Made by a program: the position numbers and the translations under genes. A stretch of DNA of 64,000 nucleotides from Thermoplasmata archaeon (GTDB lineage Archaea; Thermoplasmatota; Thermoplasmata; Lutacidiplasmatales; UBA184). The notes beneath the pieces are model-generated. The model searched no databases. It saw nothing but the letters and a program-made list of their open reading frames with translations, and was not told where the DNA came from. Below, piece after piece: positions 48,138 to 57,699 of this stretch. How positions within the stretch are numbered: the stretch's first letter is position 1; every line of letters starts with the position of its first letter. Where the stretch lies: positions 16,861-80,860 of the forward strand of contig JAKAVY010000001.1 of assembly GCA_021827405.1 (NCBI GenBank), given 5' to 3'.

Positions 48138-49358
48138 TTGACCGCGGCACCGGAAGGGTCCCTCCCGACCTCCGAGCGGGAAGCCACTCTAGCGGCGCTG
48201 AGGGCCACGGTGGCCCAGTTTGCCGAAAAGGAGGTCGCACCGGTCCTACCGGATATGGACGAGCGGGAGGTCTTCCCGGAGGCCACGGTGCGGCGCATGA
48301 AGGAGCTGGGCTTCTTCGGACTGCCGATCCCGGAGGAGTACGGCGGGCTCGGCCTCGGCAAGACCGGCTACTGCGCCGTCATGGAGGAGCTCTCCAAGGT
48401 GGATGCTTCCCACGCGGCCATCCTGGGCGCCCATACCTCCCTCGGGATGACCCCGCTGTACTACTTCGGGACCGAGGACCAGAAGCAGCGCTACTTGGCC
48501 CCGGCCGCCCGGGGGGAGCGGCTGATGGCCTTCTCCCTCACCGAGCCGGGCAGCGGGTCGGACTCCGGCGCGTTGGTGACCGCGGCCCGGGAGGACGGGG
48601 ACTTCTTTGTCCTCAACGGGGAAAAGATCTACGTGACCAACGGGGCCGAGGCCGATCTGGTCCTCGTACTGGCCGCCAACGACGTGAAGCTCGGGCCCCG
48701 GGGGGGGATCACGGCCTTCCTGGTGGAGAAGGGGACCCGGGGGTTCACGCTGGGACGGCTGGAGAGGAAGATGGGCCTGCACGGGACCTCCACGGCCCAA
48801 CTGCTCTTCCAGGACTGTGCCGTCCCGAAAGCGAACGTCCTCGGGGAGGTGGGCCGCGGGTTCGTCGTGGCCATGACGGCCCTGGACGTAGGACGGCTCT
48901 CCCTCGGGGCTGGGTCCCTGGGAGGGATGCAAGGGGCGCTCCGGGAGGCCCTCTCATATGCGAAGAACCGCCTGCAGTTTGACCTTCCCATCGTGGAGCA
49001 CCAGGCCATCCAGTTCAAGCTCGCGGACATGGCCATGCACATCCACGCCCTCAAGACCATGGTCTACGCCGCCGCGGAGCATCAGGACCGGATGGGCCCG
49101 CGGGTGAAGGGATGGTCCCGTGAGGACCGGGCCAAGAAGACCCGGGACAGCGCCATCATCAAGTGTCTCGCCAGCGAATGGGCCACCCGGACCATCCACG
49201 ACGCGCTGCAGATCCACGGCGGGCTAGGCTACATCCGGGGGACCCCCATCGAGAGGGCGTACCGGGATGCCCGGATCAGCGAGATCTTCGAGGGGACCAA
49301 CGAGATCCAGCGGTTGGTGGTGGCCCGGGACCTGATCACCCGGGGTTGGGTGGATTGA
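48138..49358 (+). CDS. Acyl-CoA dehydrogenase
   Basis: FSLTEPGSGSD, NGEKIYVTNG, KMGLHG, QIHGGLGY, RDARISEIFEGTNEIQR. Confidence 0.96.
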   Translation: MTAAPEGSLPTSEREATLAALRATVAQFAEKEVAPVLPDMDEREVFPEATVRRMKELGFFGLPIPEEYGGLGLGKTGYCAVMEELSKVDASHAAILGAHTSLGMTPLYYFGTEDQKQRYLAPAARGERLMAFSLTEPGSGSDSGALVTAAREDGDFFVLNGEKIYVTNGAEADLVLVLAANDVKLGPRGGITAFLVEKGTRGFTLGRLERKMGLHGTSTAQLLFQDCAVPKANVLGEVGRGFVVAMTALDVGRLSLGAGSLGGMQGALREALSYAKNRLQFDLPIVEHQAIQFKLADMAMHIHALKTMVYAAAEHQDRMGPRVKGWSREDRAKKTRDSAIIKCLASEWATRTIHDALQIHGGLGYIRGTPIERAYRDARISEIFEGTNEIQRLVVARDLITRGWVD

Positions 49359-49361
49359 GGT

Positions 49362-50045
49362 TCAGATCTCGTCCCTTCCCGGGGGTCCGGGGACCCAAAA
49401 GCGGGGGAGCGCCCGGGTCTCCTGCCAGTCGTGGGCCAGCCGACACTCGATCCGGTGGAGCATGACCGAGAGGCTCCCCTTGGACAGGCCCAGCTTCCGG
49501 GCGAGACCGGTGAGCGAGATGCGCCGGGGATGCTCGTAGTAGCCACATCGGAGCGCCTCCTGGAACACCCGCTCCTGGGTAGGGGTCAGCCCTGCCGGTC
49601 CGGTATCGGGCACCGTGGAGGATACCCCCAGGACGCGGCTGCCGGGGAGACCGTGACGGACGAGCTCGGCCAACCTTTGCAGGACCACCCGGGAGCCCAG
49701 GACCTCCCAGAACGCCCAGCCATCCCGCACCGCGAAGGGGACCCGAGGGAGCACCTCGCCCTGGGAGATGAGGGGGACCAGGACGGAGGGAGGGTATCGG
49801 ACCCGCCAAAGGGTCCCCTGAGCGGAACGATGCAGTTCCTCCAGGTGGACCCCCCGCGGGAGGCGCCGGCCCCAGGACCTCACCTGCGATGAGGTCCGGT
49901 CGTCGGCCCAGACGTGAAGGAGGGCCCCCCTCCCGGAAAAGGGGGCCAGGTCCAGTACCCAGAGAAGGGAGCCCCGGCAGGCTCTGGAGAGAGACGCCAG
50001 CCAGAACCCTTCCGGCAGCCTGAGTTCCAGCCTCAACCGAGCCAT
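49362..50045 (-). CDS. HTH-10 (bacterio-opsin activator-type HTH) transcriptional regulator
   Basis: C-terminal LTPTQERVFQEALRCGYYEHPRRISLTGLARKLGLSKGSLSVMLHRIE. Confidence 0.88.
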   Translation of the reverse strand: MARLRLELRLPEGFWLASLSRACRGSLLWVLDLAPFSGRGALLHVWADDRTSSQVRSWGRRLPRGVHLEELHRSAQGTLWRVRYPPSVLVPLISQGEVLPRVPFAVRDGWAFWEVLGSRVVLQRLAELVRHGLPGSRVLGVSSTVPDTGPAGLTPTQERVFQEALRCGYYEHPRRISLTGLARKLGLSKGSLSVMLHRIECRLAHDWQETRALPRFWVPGPPGRDEI

Positions 50046-50183
50046 GGGACCTTGTGTCGGACACGGCCCGGCCGCTCCAAGGATTGCGAGGCCCCCGGGA
50101 GCCAGGGCTCCCGCGGTCACCTGCGGCGATGCCTTAACATGTTCGGTCACCCTTCTAAGTAATCCCTCCCCCTCCCGAGGTCC

Positions 50184-51545
50184 ATGATCCGTCTCGGAGT
50201 CTCCACCCAGACGCCCCCGCTGGTCCCCCTGGCCGGCTCCCGGCGTCGGCGGGTCGGGGCCCGCTGGGAGCGGGGACGGGACTATCGCCCGGGGGTGGGT
50301 GGGGTGGTCCCGATGATGCGGTCGCTGCTCAAGCATGCCCAGGCCCGTTGGGTCGCGCCCAATCCGTGGTGGGTCTGTCTGGGCTTCCCGGGAGCCCCGC
50401 GCTGGGTCCAGAGCGATGAGGGGTTCCGGGTGAGCTTTGTGGACCTCCCCGAGGAGGTCCGGGGCCGCTACAATCGATTCAAGCGGGCGATCTGGGACGC
50501 GGTCCACGGCGCGGGAGGGATGGACTTTGAGGTGGGGGACTACCGGGCCTTCCTCGAGTACAGCATGGCCACGGCCAGCCGGCTCCTGGAGCTTCGTGAC
50601 CAGGTGGATGCCTATTACGTGAACGACTTCCAGCAGATCCAGGTCGGACCGGCCCTCGGTCCGGCGGCCCCGGCCGTGCTCCGATGGCATGTCCCCTTCC
50701 AGGTGGAGCGCCTTCCGCATGCGACCCGCCGGTTCTTCGTGAAGAGCCTGGAGGGGTTCGATGCGGTGGTGGTCTCCACCCGGCGAGACCTGGAGGGGCT
50801 CATCGGGGTGGGCTTCCAGGGACGCGCCTACCAGCTCTATCCCTACGTGGACCCCGGGGAGTTCCCCCAGGTAGGGTCCTCTGCCCAGGAGGCCTTCCGG
50901 GCCCGTTGGAAGCTGCCCGCCGAGGGACCCTTGGTGCTCTGCGTGGCCCGGATGGACCCGCAGAAGCGCCAGGACCTCCTCCTCCGGGCCCTTCCGTCGC
51001 TCCGGCGGCGCTTCCCCGGGCTCATGGCCCTTTTCATCGGGAACGGGAGCTTCACCTCCAGCCGGAGCGGGGGCCTGGGCTCCTCCATGGGCTCGGACTG
51101 GAGGACCGGGCTCGAGCGTCTGGCCCGGCAACTGAAGGTCTCCGAGGCGGTCCGTTTTACCGGCTATCTCCCGGACGAAGACATCCGGGTGGCCTACAGC
51201 CTCTGCGACGTCCTGGTCATGCCCTCGGTCACCGAAGGCTTTGGCCTGGTCGGGGTGGAGGCCTGGCTCTACCAGAAGCCCATCGTGGTGAGCGAGGGGG
51301 CCGGGATCTCGGAGCTCGTGGGGGACGGGGTCAACGGCCTCGCGGTCCGGCCGGGGTCCGCCCCCGCGCTCGCGCAAGCGCTCCGGGACGTGCTGAGCAA
51401 CCCGGAGCGGGCGGAGGCCATGGGCCGGATGGGGGCCCTGACCTCCCGGTTCTGCGTCACGGGCTTTGCCGCCCGGCGGCTGAAGCGGGTGTTCGACGAG
51501 GTCCTTTCCGAATACCAGGGCCCCCGGGGTTCGCCCACGGCATGA
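50184..51545 (+). CDS. GT-B glycosyltransferase (GT4 C-terminus, TPS/OtsA-like N-terminal motifs)
   Basis: GGVVPM, WVCLG, VNDFQQ, RWHVPF, VARMDPQKRQD, EGFGLVGVEAW. Confidence 0.85.
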   Translation: MIRLGVSTQTPPLVPLAGSRRRRVGARWERGRDYRPGVGGVVPMMRSLLKHAQARWVAPNPWWVCLGFPGAPRWVQSDEGFRVSFVDLPEEVRGRYNRFKRAIWDAVHGAGGMDFEVGDYRAFLEYSMATASRLLELRDQVDAYYVNDFQQIQVGPALGPAAPAVLRWHVPFQVERLPHATRRFFVKSLEGFDAVVVSTRRDLEGLIGVGFQGRAYQLYPYVDPGEFPQVGSSAQEAFRARWKLPAEGPLVLCVARMDPQKRQDLLLRALPSLRRRFPGLMALFIGNGSFTSSRSGGLGSSMGSDWRTGLERLARQLKVSEAVRFTGYLPDEDIRVAYSLCDVLVMPSVTEGFGLVGVEAWLYQKPIVVSEGAGISELVGDGVNGLAVRPGSAPALAQALRDVLSNPERAEAMGRMGALTSRFCVTGFAARRLKRVFDEVLSEYQGPRGSPTA

Positions 51546-52297
51546 GCGTGGTGACCTTCGACCTGTGGAACACGCTCCTCTCGCTGGACCCCAACGAGGC
51601 GCGGCGGTACGTCCTGAAGAGGCACGCGATAGGCGCCCGGTGGCTGGCCCGGTGCGAGGCCGAGGACGGGAGGGCCTGGCGGGACCTTCGACGGATCCCC
51701 CCGCGCGTCCGCCAGGAGGCGGACCTCTGGGAGCGATCCGGACGGGTGATGACCATCCCGGCCCAGGCGCGCCGGATGGCACGACTGGCGCACCGACGGG
51801 CCCATGTCCCGTCGTACGAACGCTCGCTCTCCGGGCTCCTGCTGGATCTCCCGGTTAAGGTCAAGCCCGGGTCCCGGGAGACGCTCCAAGAGCTGCGGTC
51901 TGAGGGGCTCTCGTTGGGACTCATCTCGAACCTCACGTTGGAGGCGCCGGGCGCGGTGCGGAAGTTGCTGCGGCGGGAGGGGTTCGCCCCCTTGTTCTCC
52001 ACCCTGGTCTTCAGTTCGGAGGTGGGGGCCTCCAAGCCCGATCCCCGGCCCTTCCGCGCCGCCTTGCGACGCTTGGGAGGGAGAGCCACGCAGGCGGTCC
52101 ACGTTGGGGACCGGTGGAGCTCGGATGGACGGGGCGCCCTCGCTGCCGGTTGGGCCGGCGTGGTCCTCCTGAGGGCATCCCCGATCCCCCGGGCGGCCCG
52201 GGACCACCCTCGGGTCCGGTGGGTCCGGTCCTTCCCCGACGTCAGGGAGGCGGTCTGGGACCTTCTGCGCTCGGCGTCGCCGGGATCCCCGCGCTGA
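51542..52297 (+). CDS. HAD-superfamily hydrolase/phosphatase
   Basis: FDLWNTL (motif I), LISN, SKPDP, HVGD..SD..GA. ATGA overlap with the GT gene. Confidence 0.9.
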   Translation: MSVVTFDLWNTLLSLDPNEARRYVLKRHAIGARWLARCEAEDGRAWRDLRRIPPRVRQEADLWERSGRVMTIPAQARRMARLAHRRAHVPSYERSLSGLLLDLPVKVKPGSRETLQELRSEGLSLGLISNLTLEAPGAVRKLLRREGFAPLFSTLVFSSEVGASKPDPRPFRAALRRLGGRATQAVHVGDRWSSDGRGALAAGWAGVVLLRASPIPRAARDHPRVRWVRSFPDVREAVWDLLRSASPGSPR

Positions 52298-54089
52298 CCG
52301 TCGCCGGTGGCGGAGCCCCGGCGGGGGTAGGGGGAACGCCCGCGGGGTGGGCGGCCCCCGCCGGTCCGGAGGTCCTCGAGCCCTCCCCATAGACGTAGCG
52401 CTCGCCTCGGAAGAAGGAGACCACCCCGGCCAGGGCCGTGAGGGAGCCCGCGAACAGGAAGCTGTCCCGGATCCCCGAGAGGAAGGCCGGCGCGATCGCC
52501 TGCGGGAAGAAGCTGCGGCTGGTCAAGGCGGCGGTCACCGCCGGGCCCAAGGGAACCCACCCGGGGACCGTGCCCGCCACCGTCAGCAAGAGCCCGACCG
52601 GGTTCTGGCCGAGGAAGGCCCCGAATAGCGACGTGGTGGGTTGTGAGCTCGCCAGGGAGGTGAGGATGCCCAGGTCCGGCGCGCCCACGCCCAGCCCGGC
52701 CAGCGCGCTGCCCACCGAGTGGCTGAGCCCGGTGGAGAGGCCGGTGATGACGATGGTGAAGAAGAAGACCAGGGAGAGCTGCTGGCCGGTGTTCTGGAGG
52801 GTGGCGAGCATCCCCGAGGCCGCCCCGCGCTCTGCCGGGGGCACGGAGTTCATCACCGCGGCGGCGTTGGGCGACGCGAACATCCCCATCCCGCAGCCCA
52901 TGAGGAAGAGCAGGCCCCCCATCTCCCAGTAAGCGAAGTCGTACGGGAGCAGGAGCATGAGGAAGAAGGAGAGGGACCCGAGGAACATCCCGGCGCTGGC
53001 CAGGTGGCGGGCCCCGTGCCGGTCGGAGAGGATCCCCGAGAGGGGCCCCATGACGAAGAACCCGGCCATCATCGGGAGCATGTAGATCCCGGCCCAGAGA
53101 GGGGTCTCGGAGAAGGCGTACCCGTGCAGGGGAAGCCAGATCCCCTGGAACCAGATGATGAGCATGAACATGATGCCCCCCCGGGCCACGGAGCCGAGGA
53201 AGGCCGCCAGGTTGCCCACCGAGAACGCGCGGGTCTTGAACAGGTGCAGCCGGAACATGGGTTCCTTGACCCGGGTCTCCACGACCAGGAAGAGCCCGAG
53301 CAGGGCGATCCCGAGCCCGATGCCCGTCCAGACCCACGGGCTGGACCAGCCCATGGTCTGTCCCCCGTAGGGCAGCAGACCGTAGGTGAGCCCCACCAAA
53401 AGGAGCGTGAGCCCGAGGGCAAACGTGGCGTTCCCCCAGAGGTCCACGTGCTGCCCCTTCCGGGTCGGACGGATGTCCCGGAGCTTCCAGTAGGCCCAGA
53501 GGGTGCCGAAGAGGCCCACCGGGACGTTCACCAAGAAGATGAACCGCCAGCTGGGGAGGGTCACGCCGAGGATGTGGACGGGGGGGATGCCGGCGAGGAG
53601 CCCCCCCACCACCAGGCCGAGGACGCTCCCTCCGATGAAGGCGACCTGGTTGATGCCGAGGGCCTTCCCTCGCTCGTTGGAGGGGAAGGCGTCAGTGAGA
53701 AGGGCCGAGGAGTTTGCGAAGAGGAAGGCGGCCCCGACCGCCTGGACGAGCCTGAAGGAGACCAGTTCCCAGCCTCCCGTTGTCCCTCCGCTCGGGGCCA
53801 GGAAGAGCAGGACGGAACCGATGGTGAAGACCACGAAGCCCCAGTTGTACATCCGGGCCCGGCCCACCATGTCGGAGATCCGCCCGGCGTTGACCAGCAA
53901 GGTGGCGGTGACCACCCCGTAGCCGAGGAGCAGCCAGATGAGGATGGGGAACCCCTGGGGGTTCAGGAAGGAGATCCCGAGCCCATCGAGGATGACGGGG
54001 AGCGAGATGAGCAGGATCGAACCGTTGATGGAGGCCATGAGGGCCCCCAGCGTGGTGTTCGAAAGGACGGTCCACTTGTAGGCTACCAC
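52242..54089 (-). CDS. MFS transporter, DHA2/14-TM type
   Basis: GRISDMVGR, FRLVQAVG, ERGKALG, WRFIFLVNVPVG. Confidence 0.93.
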   Translation of the reverse strand: MVAYKWTVLSNTTLGALMASINGSILLISLPVILDGLGISFLNPQGFPILIWLLLGYGVVTATLLVNAGRISDMVGRARMYNWGFVVFTIGSVLLFLAPSGGTTGGWELVSFRLVQAVGAAFLFANSSALLTDAFPSNERGKALGINQVAFIGGSVLGLVVGGLLAGIPPVHILGVTLPSWRFIFLVNVPVGLFGTLWAYWKLRDIRPTRKGQHVDLWGNATFALGLTLLLVGLTYGLLPYGGQTMGWSSPWVWTGIGLGIALLGLFLVVETRVKEPMFRLHLFKTRAFSVGNLAAFLGSVARGGIMFMLIIWFQGIWLPLHGYAFSETPLWAGIYMLPMMAGFFVMGPLSGILSDRHGARHLASAGMFLGSLSFFLMLLLPYDFAYWEMGGLLFLMGCGMGMFASPNAAAVMNSVPPAERGAASGMLATLQNTGQQLSLVFFFTIVITGLSTGLSHSVGSALAGLGVGAPDLGILTSLASSQPTTSLFGAFLGQNPVGLLLTVAGTVPGWVPLGPAVTAALTSRSFFPQAIAPAFLSGIRDSFLFAGSLTALAGVVSFFRGERYVYGEGSRTSGPAGAAHPAGVPPTPAGAPPPATVSAGIPATPSAEGPRPPP

Positions 54090-54231
54090 GGTCCCGACCC
54101 CCCCGGGCCGGGGCCCGGGGACGGGAGGACCCCCGGCCTCCCAAGATAGTAAGGCGCCGTAACAAACCTCCGAAGGCGAGGAGGAGGGGGCCGGGCCATA
54201 AGCTTTGGCCGTGGTGGGGGAGCCCCGACCC

Positions 54232-55494
54232 TCAGCCGAACATCGGCATCCGGCTCTTCGTCCCGGGACGGGGGAGCCAGACCACCGCCGCGGCGGAGAC
54301 GAGCCCCACCCCCACCATGACCTCCAGTCCCAGGGGCAGCGTCGCGTACCCCCGGTAGGCCACCAGCCCCACCAGGGTGGGACCCAGGGCGCTACCCCCT
54401 CCGGTCGCGAGCCCGAAGACCACGGAGTTGGCGAGGGTGGAGGAACCTGCGGGCAGGTAGTCCGGGGTCAGCGACATGAGCAACGGGAAGGCGCTGAACG
54501 TGAAGAACCCGATGAGGAGTAGGCACGCCGTGGCCTCCCATCCCCCGGAGAAGAGGAACCCCAAGGTCGCCAGGGCCGTGCCCACGGAGCTCACGGCGAG
54601 GAGCCCCCGACGGTCCCAGTGGCCGACGAGCACCCCAAAGACCGGTTGTCCCAGGATGCCGGCGACATAGATGGTGGCCACTTCCAGCCCGAGGTTCGGG
54701 GCGCCGAAGCCGGCGGGATGCAGCGAGAGGTAGGTGGGAAGCCACGCCACGATCCCCTGGGAGGCCACCGAGCGCAGGAAGGCGACCCCCGCCAAGAGGA
54801 CGACCCCTCGGGTGAGCACGCTGCGGACCGAGCGCCCACCCGAAGGGGCCGCTTCCGGGGCGAGGCCCCCCGGCTGCCGGCTTGCCACGAGGATGACCCC
54901 GGCCGCCCCCCCGGCGAAGAGGGCGAAGACCAGCAGGGAGGCGTCGGAGGCGATCACCAGGCCAATGAGGAAGAAGAGCACCGGGTACAGGGCCCGCCCG
55001 GTGCTTCCCATCGCGCCGTTGATCCCGAGGGCCTTCCCCCGCTCCGCCCCTTGGAACCGTTCCTGCAGAAGCGTCCCGCCCAGCGGGTGGTAGAAGGCCG
55101 TCCCGAATCCCGTGACGAACCCGGCTCCCAAGCTGACGGCCAGGGTCAGGGGCCCGCTGAGGAGGGCCAACGCCGCGTAGAAGCCCACCAGCCCCGCGCC
55201 GAGCAGCAGCATCCCGCCGACCATGAGGAGCGCCGGTCTTCCCGACCGGTCCGCCCGGCGGCCCACCCAAAGGCTCAGCAGGGAGGACGACGAGTAGTAG
55301 ATGAGGAAGAGGAAGGCGAGGTCCAGCGGGTCGACCTCTTGATGGCTCGTCAGGAGCGCCGCCACCACCGGGACGAACAGGGTGGTCCCGTCGTTCACGA
55401 AGTGTCCTAGGGAGGTGTAGGCCAGGACCCGGAGGCGGGAGAGGGACCGGTCCGGGCCCGGCGAGTCCCCGGGGGCTTCCAAGCGAAGGTTCAC
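54232..55494 (-). CDS. MFS transporter (12-TM)
   Basis: GHFVND, GRRADRSGR, GTAFYHP, ERGKALG. GTGA overlap with the ligase gene. Confidence 0.9.
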   Translation of the reverse strand: MNLRLEAPGDSPGPDRSLSRLRVLAYTSLGHFVNDGTTLFVPVVAALLTSHQEVDPLDLAFLFLIYYSSSSLLSLWVGRRADRSGRPALLMVGGMLLLGAGLVGFYAALALLSGPLTLAVSLGAGFVTGFGTAFYHPLGGTLLQERFQGAERGKALGINGAMGSTGRALYPVLFFLIGLVIASDASLLVFALFAGGAAGVILVASRQPGGLAPEAAPSGGRSVRSVLTRGVVLLAGVAFLRSVASQGIVAWLPTYLSLHPAGFGAPNLGLEVATIYVAGILGQPVFGVLVGHWDRRGLLAVSSVGTALATLGFLFSGGWEATACLLLIGFFTFSAFPLLMSLTPDYLPAGSSTLANSVVFGLATGGGSALGPTLVGLVAYRGYATLPLGLEVMVGVGLVSAAAVVWLPRPGTKSRMPMFG

Positions 55495-57206
55495 GACCCC
55501 TCAGGAGGGATCGCCGAAGGGGGGAGGGCCCGCAAGGAGCGCTTGAGGACCTTCCCCACCAGGGTGCGCGGAAGGGAGGGGACGAACGCGACCTCCCGGG
55601 GCGCCTTGAAGTGGGCCAGCTGGCCACGGACCAGTTCGATGAGCTCCTCGGAGGTGACCTGGGATCCCGGCCTCCTCACGACGAAGGCCTTCACCACCTG
55701 CCCCAGCCGAGGGTCCGGGACGCCCACGACGGCGGCCTCGGCCACGGCGGGGTGGGTGTAGAGGACCTCCTCCACCTCCCGGGGGTAGACGTTGAACCCT
55801 CCGACGAGCACCAGGTCCTTCTTGCGGTCCACGATGTAGGTGAACCCCTCTTCGTCCACGTGCCCCAGGTCGCCCGTCAAGAACCACCCGCCGATCAAGG
55901 ACGCCCGGGTCTCCTCCGGGCGGCGATAGTAGCCCTTCATCACCTGAGGTCCCTTCACGGCGATCTCCCCGTCCACCCCGCAAGGGAGCTCCTTGGCCGG
56001 GTCGGCCGGGTCCACTACCTTCACCCAGGTGGAGGACACCGGGAGACCCACCGATCCGGGCCGGGCCCGCTCCCCCAGGAGGTTCACGTGGGTCACGGGG
56101 GAGGTCTCCGAGAGGCCGTAGCCTTCTACCACGACCCCGCCCGTCAACGCGTGGAACTGGCGGGCCACTTCCACCGGTAGGGGGGCGGACCCGCTCACGC
56201 AAAGCCGGATCCCCTTGAGGTCCGTGTGTTGGGCCTGGGGATGGTGGACTAAGTCCGCGTAGAACGTCGGCACTCCCGGAAAGATGGTGGGCCGGTAGCG
56301 CCTCACGTACTGGAAGAGGAGCTCCGCCGTGGGGGCGGAGGGCTGGGTCACGAGGGTGGCCCCGAAGAGGAGCGCCGCGTTGAGCGCGGCGGTCATCCCG
56401 TAGACGTGGAAGAACGGGATCATGGAGAGGAGGACCTCCTCCCCCTCCCGGTAGTCGGTCAGCCACAGGCGGATCTGCCTCGCGTTGGCGGCCAGGTTCC
56501 CATGGGTGAGCATGGCGCCCTTGGGGGTCCCGGTGGTCCCGCCGGTGTACTGGAGGACCGCCACATCCTCGCTCAGGTCCAGGGAGGTCTCCGGGACCGC
56601 CCCTTCCGTCCTCCGCAGGCGGGCAAAGGGGACGTAGGAAAGCCCCCGCGCCGGTGAGGGGTCCCGCTTCTGCCGTCGAAGCTCCCGGTTCACGAAAGGC
56701 CGGGCCCACCAGGGGGCATCCTCCCGGAGCCGGCCGAGGAAGACCTGCGGGGAGACGCGGGGGCCGAGGACCTCCTTCAGGCCATGGGAAAGGAAGTCCA
56801 ACGTCACGATCCCCTTGGGCTGCGAATCCTCCAGCGGGGTCTTCAGGTCCTGGTGGATGTACAAGGGGGCGATCTGGACGACCACGACCCCCAGGCGGAG
56901 CGCTGCGTAGTACGAGAGCACGTACTCCGGGCAGTTGGGCAGGTAGAGCGCCAGCCGATCCCCTTTCCTAAACCCCGCGGCATGCAGGCCGGCAGCCACA
57001 TGGGAGATATCGTCCCAGAGCTCCTGGTAGGTCCATCGGCGCTCGAGCCCCGGCCGGAGCGCGAAGACGAGGGCATCCCGGGCGGGCCAGCGCTCCACGG
57101 CCTGCCGGAACATCTCGGGGACCGGGAGCCCCCCGGCCGGGAGGTCTGCGGGTACCCCGGGAGGATAGAGACGCAGCCAAGGCCGCGGAGGGTCGTTTGC
57201 CGCCAT
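55491..57206 (-). CDS. fadD: Long-chain fatty acid-CoA ligase
   Basis: QYTGGTTGTPKGAMLTH, PFFHVYG, EGYGLSETSP, TGDLG, DRKKD, PRTLVGK. Confidence 0.93.
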   Translation of the reverse strand: MAANDPPRPWLRLYPPGVPADLPAGGLPVPEMFRQAVERWPARDALVFALRPGLERRWTYQELWDDISHVAAGLHAAGFRKGDRLALYLPNCPEYVLSYYAALRLGVVVVQIAPLYIHQDLKTPLEDSQPKGIVTLDFLSHGLKEVLGPRVSPQVFLGRLREDAPWWARPFVNRELRRQKRDPSPARGLSYVPFARLRRTEGAVPETSLDLSEDVAVLQYTGGTTGTPKGAMLTHGNLAANARQIRLWLTDYREGEEVLLSMIPFFHVYGMTAALNAALLFGATLVTQPSAPTAELLFQYVRRYRPTIFPGVPTFYADLVHHPQAQHTDLKGIRLCVSGSAPLPVEVARQFHALTGGVVVEGYGLSETSPVTHVNLLGERARPGSVGLPVSSTWVKVVDPADPAKELPCGVDGEIAVKGPQVMKGYYRRPEETRASLIGGWFLTGDLGHVDEEGFTYIVDRKKDLVLVGGFNVYPREVEEVLYTHPAVAEAAVVGVPDPRLGQVVKAFVVRRPGSQVTSEELIELVRGQLAHFKAPREVAFVPSLPRTLVGKVLKRSLRALPPSAIPPEGS

Positions 57207-57215
57207 CCTCTCCCC

Positions 57216-57689
57216 TCAGACGTCGGGACCCCGGGCCCTCGGTCCCCCCCCACCCTCGGGCGACCGCTCGAAGACCAACCCCGAGCGGTAGGACTTGGTC
57301 CAGACCACCCGGTCCCCGACCGCCAGGTCCTCGGCCCGCTTGACCGCGGGCAGCCATCCGCTGGTCCGCACCCCCTCCGCCAGCTCGATCAGCGCGTAGG
57401 CGTAGGGCGCCTCGTTCACGAACTCGTCGGAGGGAACGTACTGCAGCGTGTAGCTCAGCACGCGTCCTTCTCCCGAGAAGGGGTGGTCCTCCAGGCTGTG
57501 GGGCTCTCCGCAACGGGGACAGACCAGCAGGTAGGTCAGGGTGTGGAACCCGCACGAACGGCAAGCATAGCCGAGCAGCCGTCCCTCTTCCTCGTAGCCA
57601 TGGGTGAACTGGGCGATGGAGTGAAGCGGCGAGGTCTCCCCCGGCTCGGAGGGGTTCGGGCCTGCCGGTAGGCTTTCCTTCGAACTCAT
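57216..57689 (-). CDS. DUF35 Zn-ribbon/OB-fold protein (thiolase partner)
   Basis: CRSC...CPRC, G.G.VLSYT, APYAYALIEL.EG. Confidence 0.92.
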   Translation of the reverse strand: MSSKESLPAGPNPSEPGETSPLHSIAQFTHGYEEEGRLLGYACRSCGFHTLTYLLVCPRCGEPHSLEDHPFSGEGRVLSYTLQYVPSDEFVNEAPYAYALIELAEGVRTSGWLPAVKRAEDLAVGDRVVWTKSYRSGLVFERSPEGGGGPRARGPDV

Positions 57690-57699
57690 GGTCCTCCCC

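Noticed and set aside
50046..51782. Long N-terminal extension of the 806-aa ORF containing the HTH-10 regulator
   Set aside because: Antisense to the glycosyltransferase; the real start is ATG 50045. The same applies to ORF-track extensions of pstA, pstS, the HAD, the CitE-like lyase and the CMD gene.
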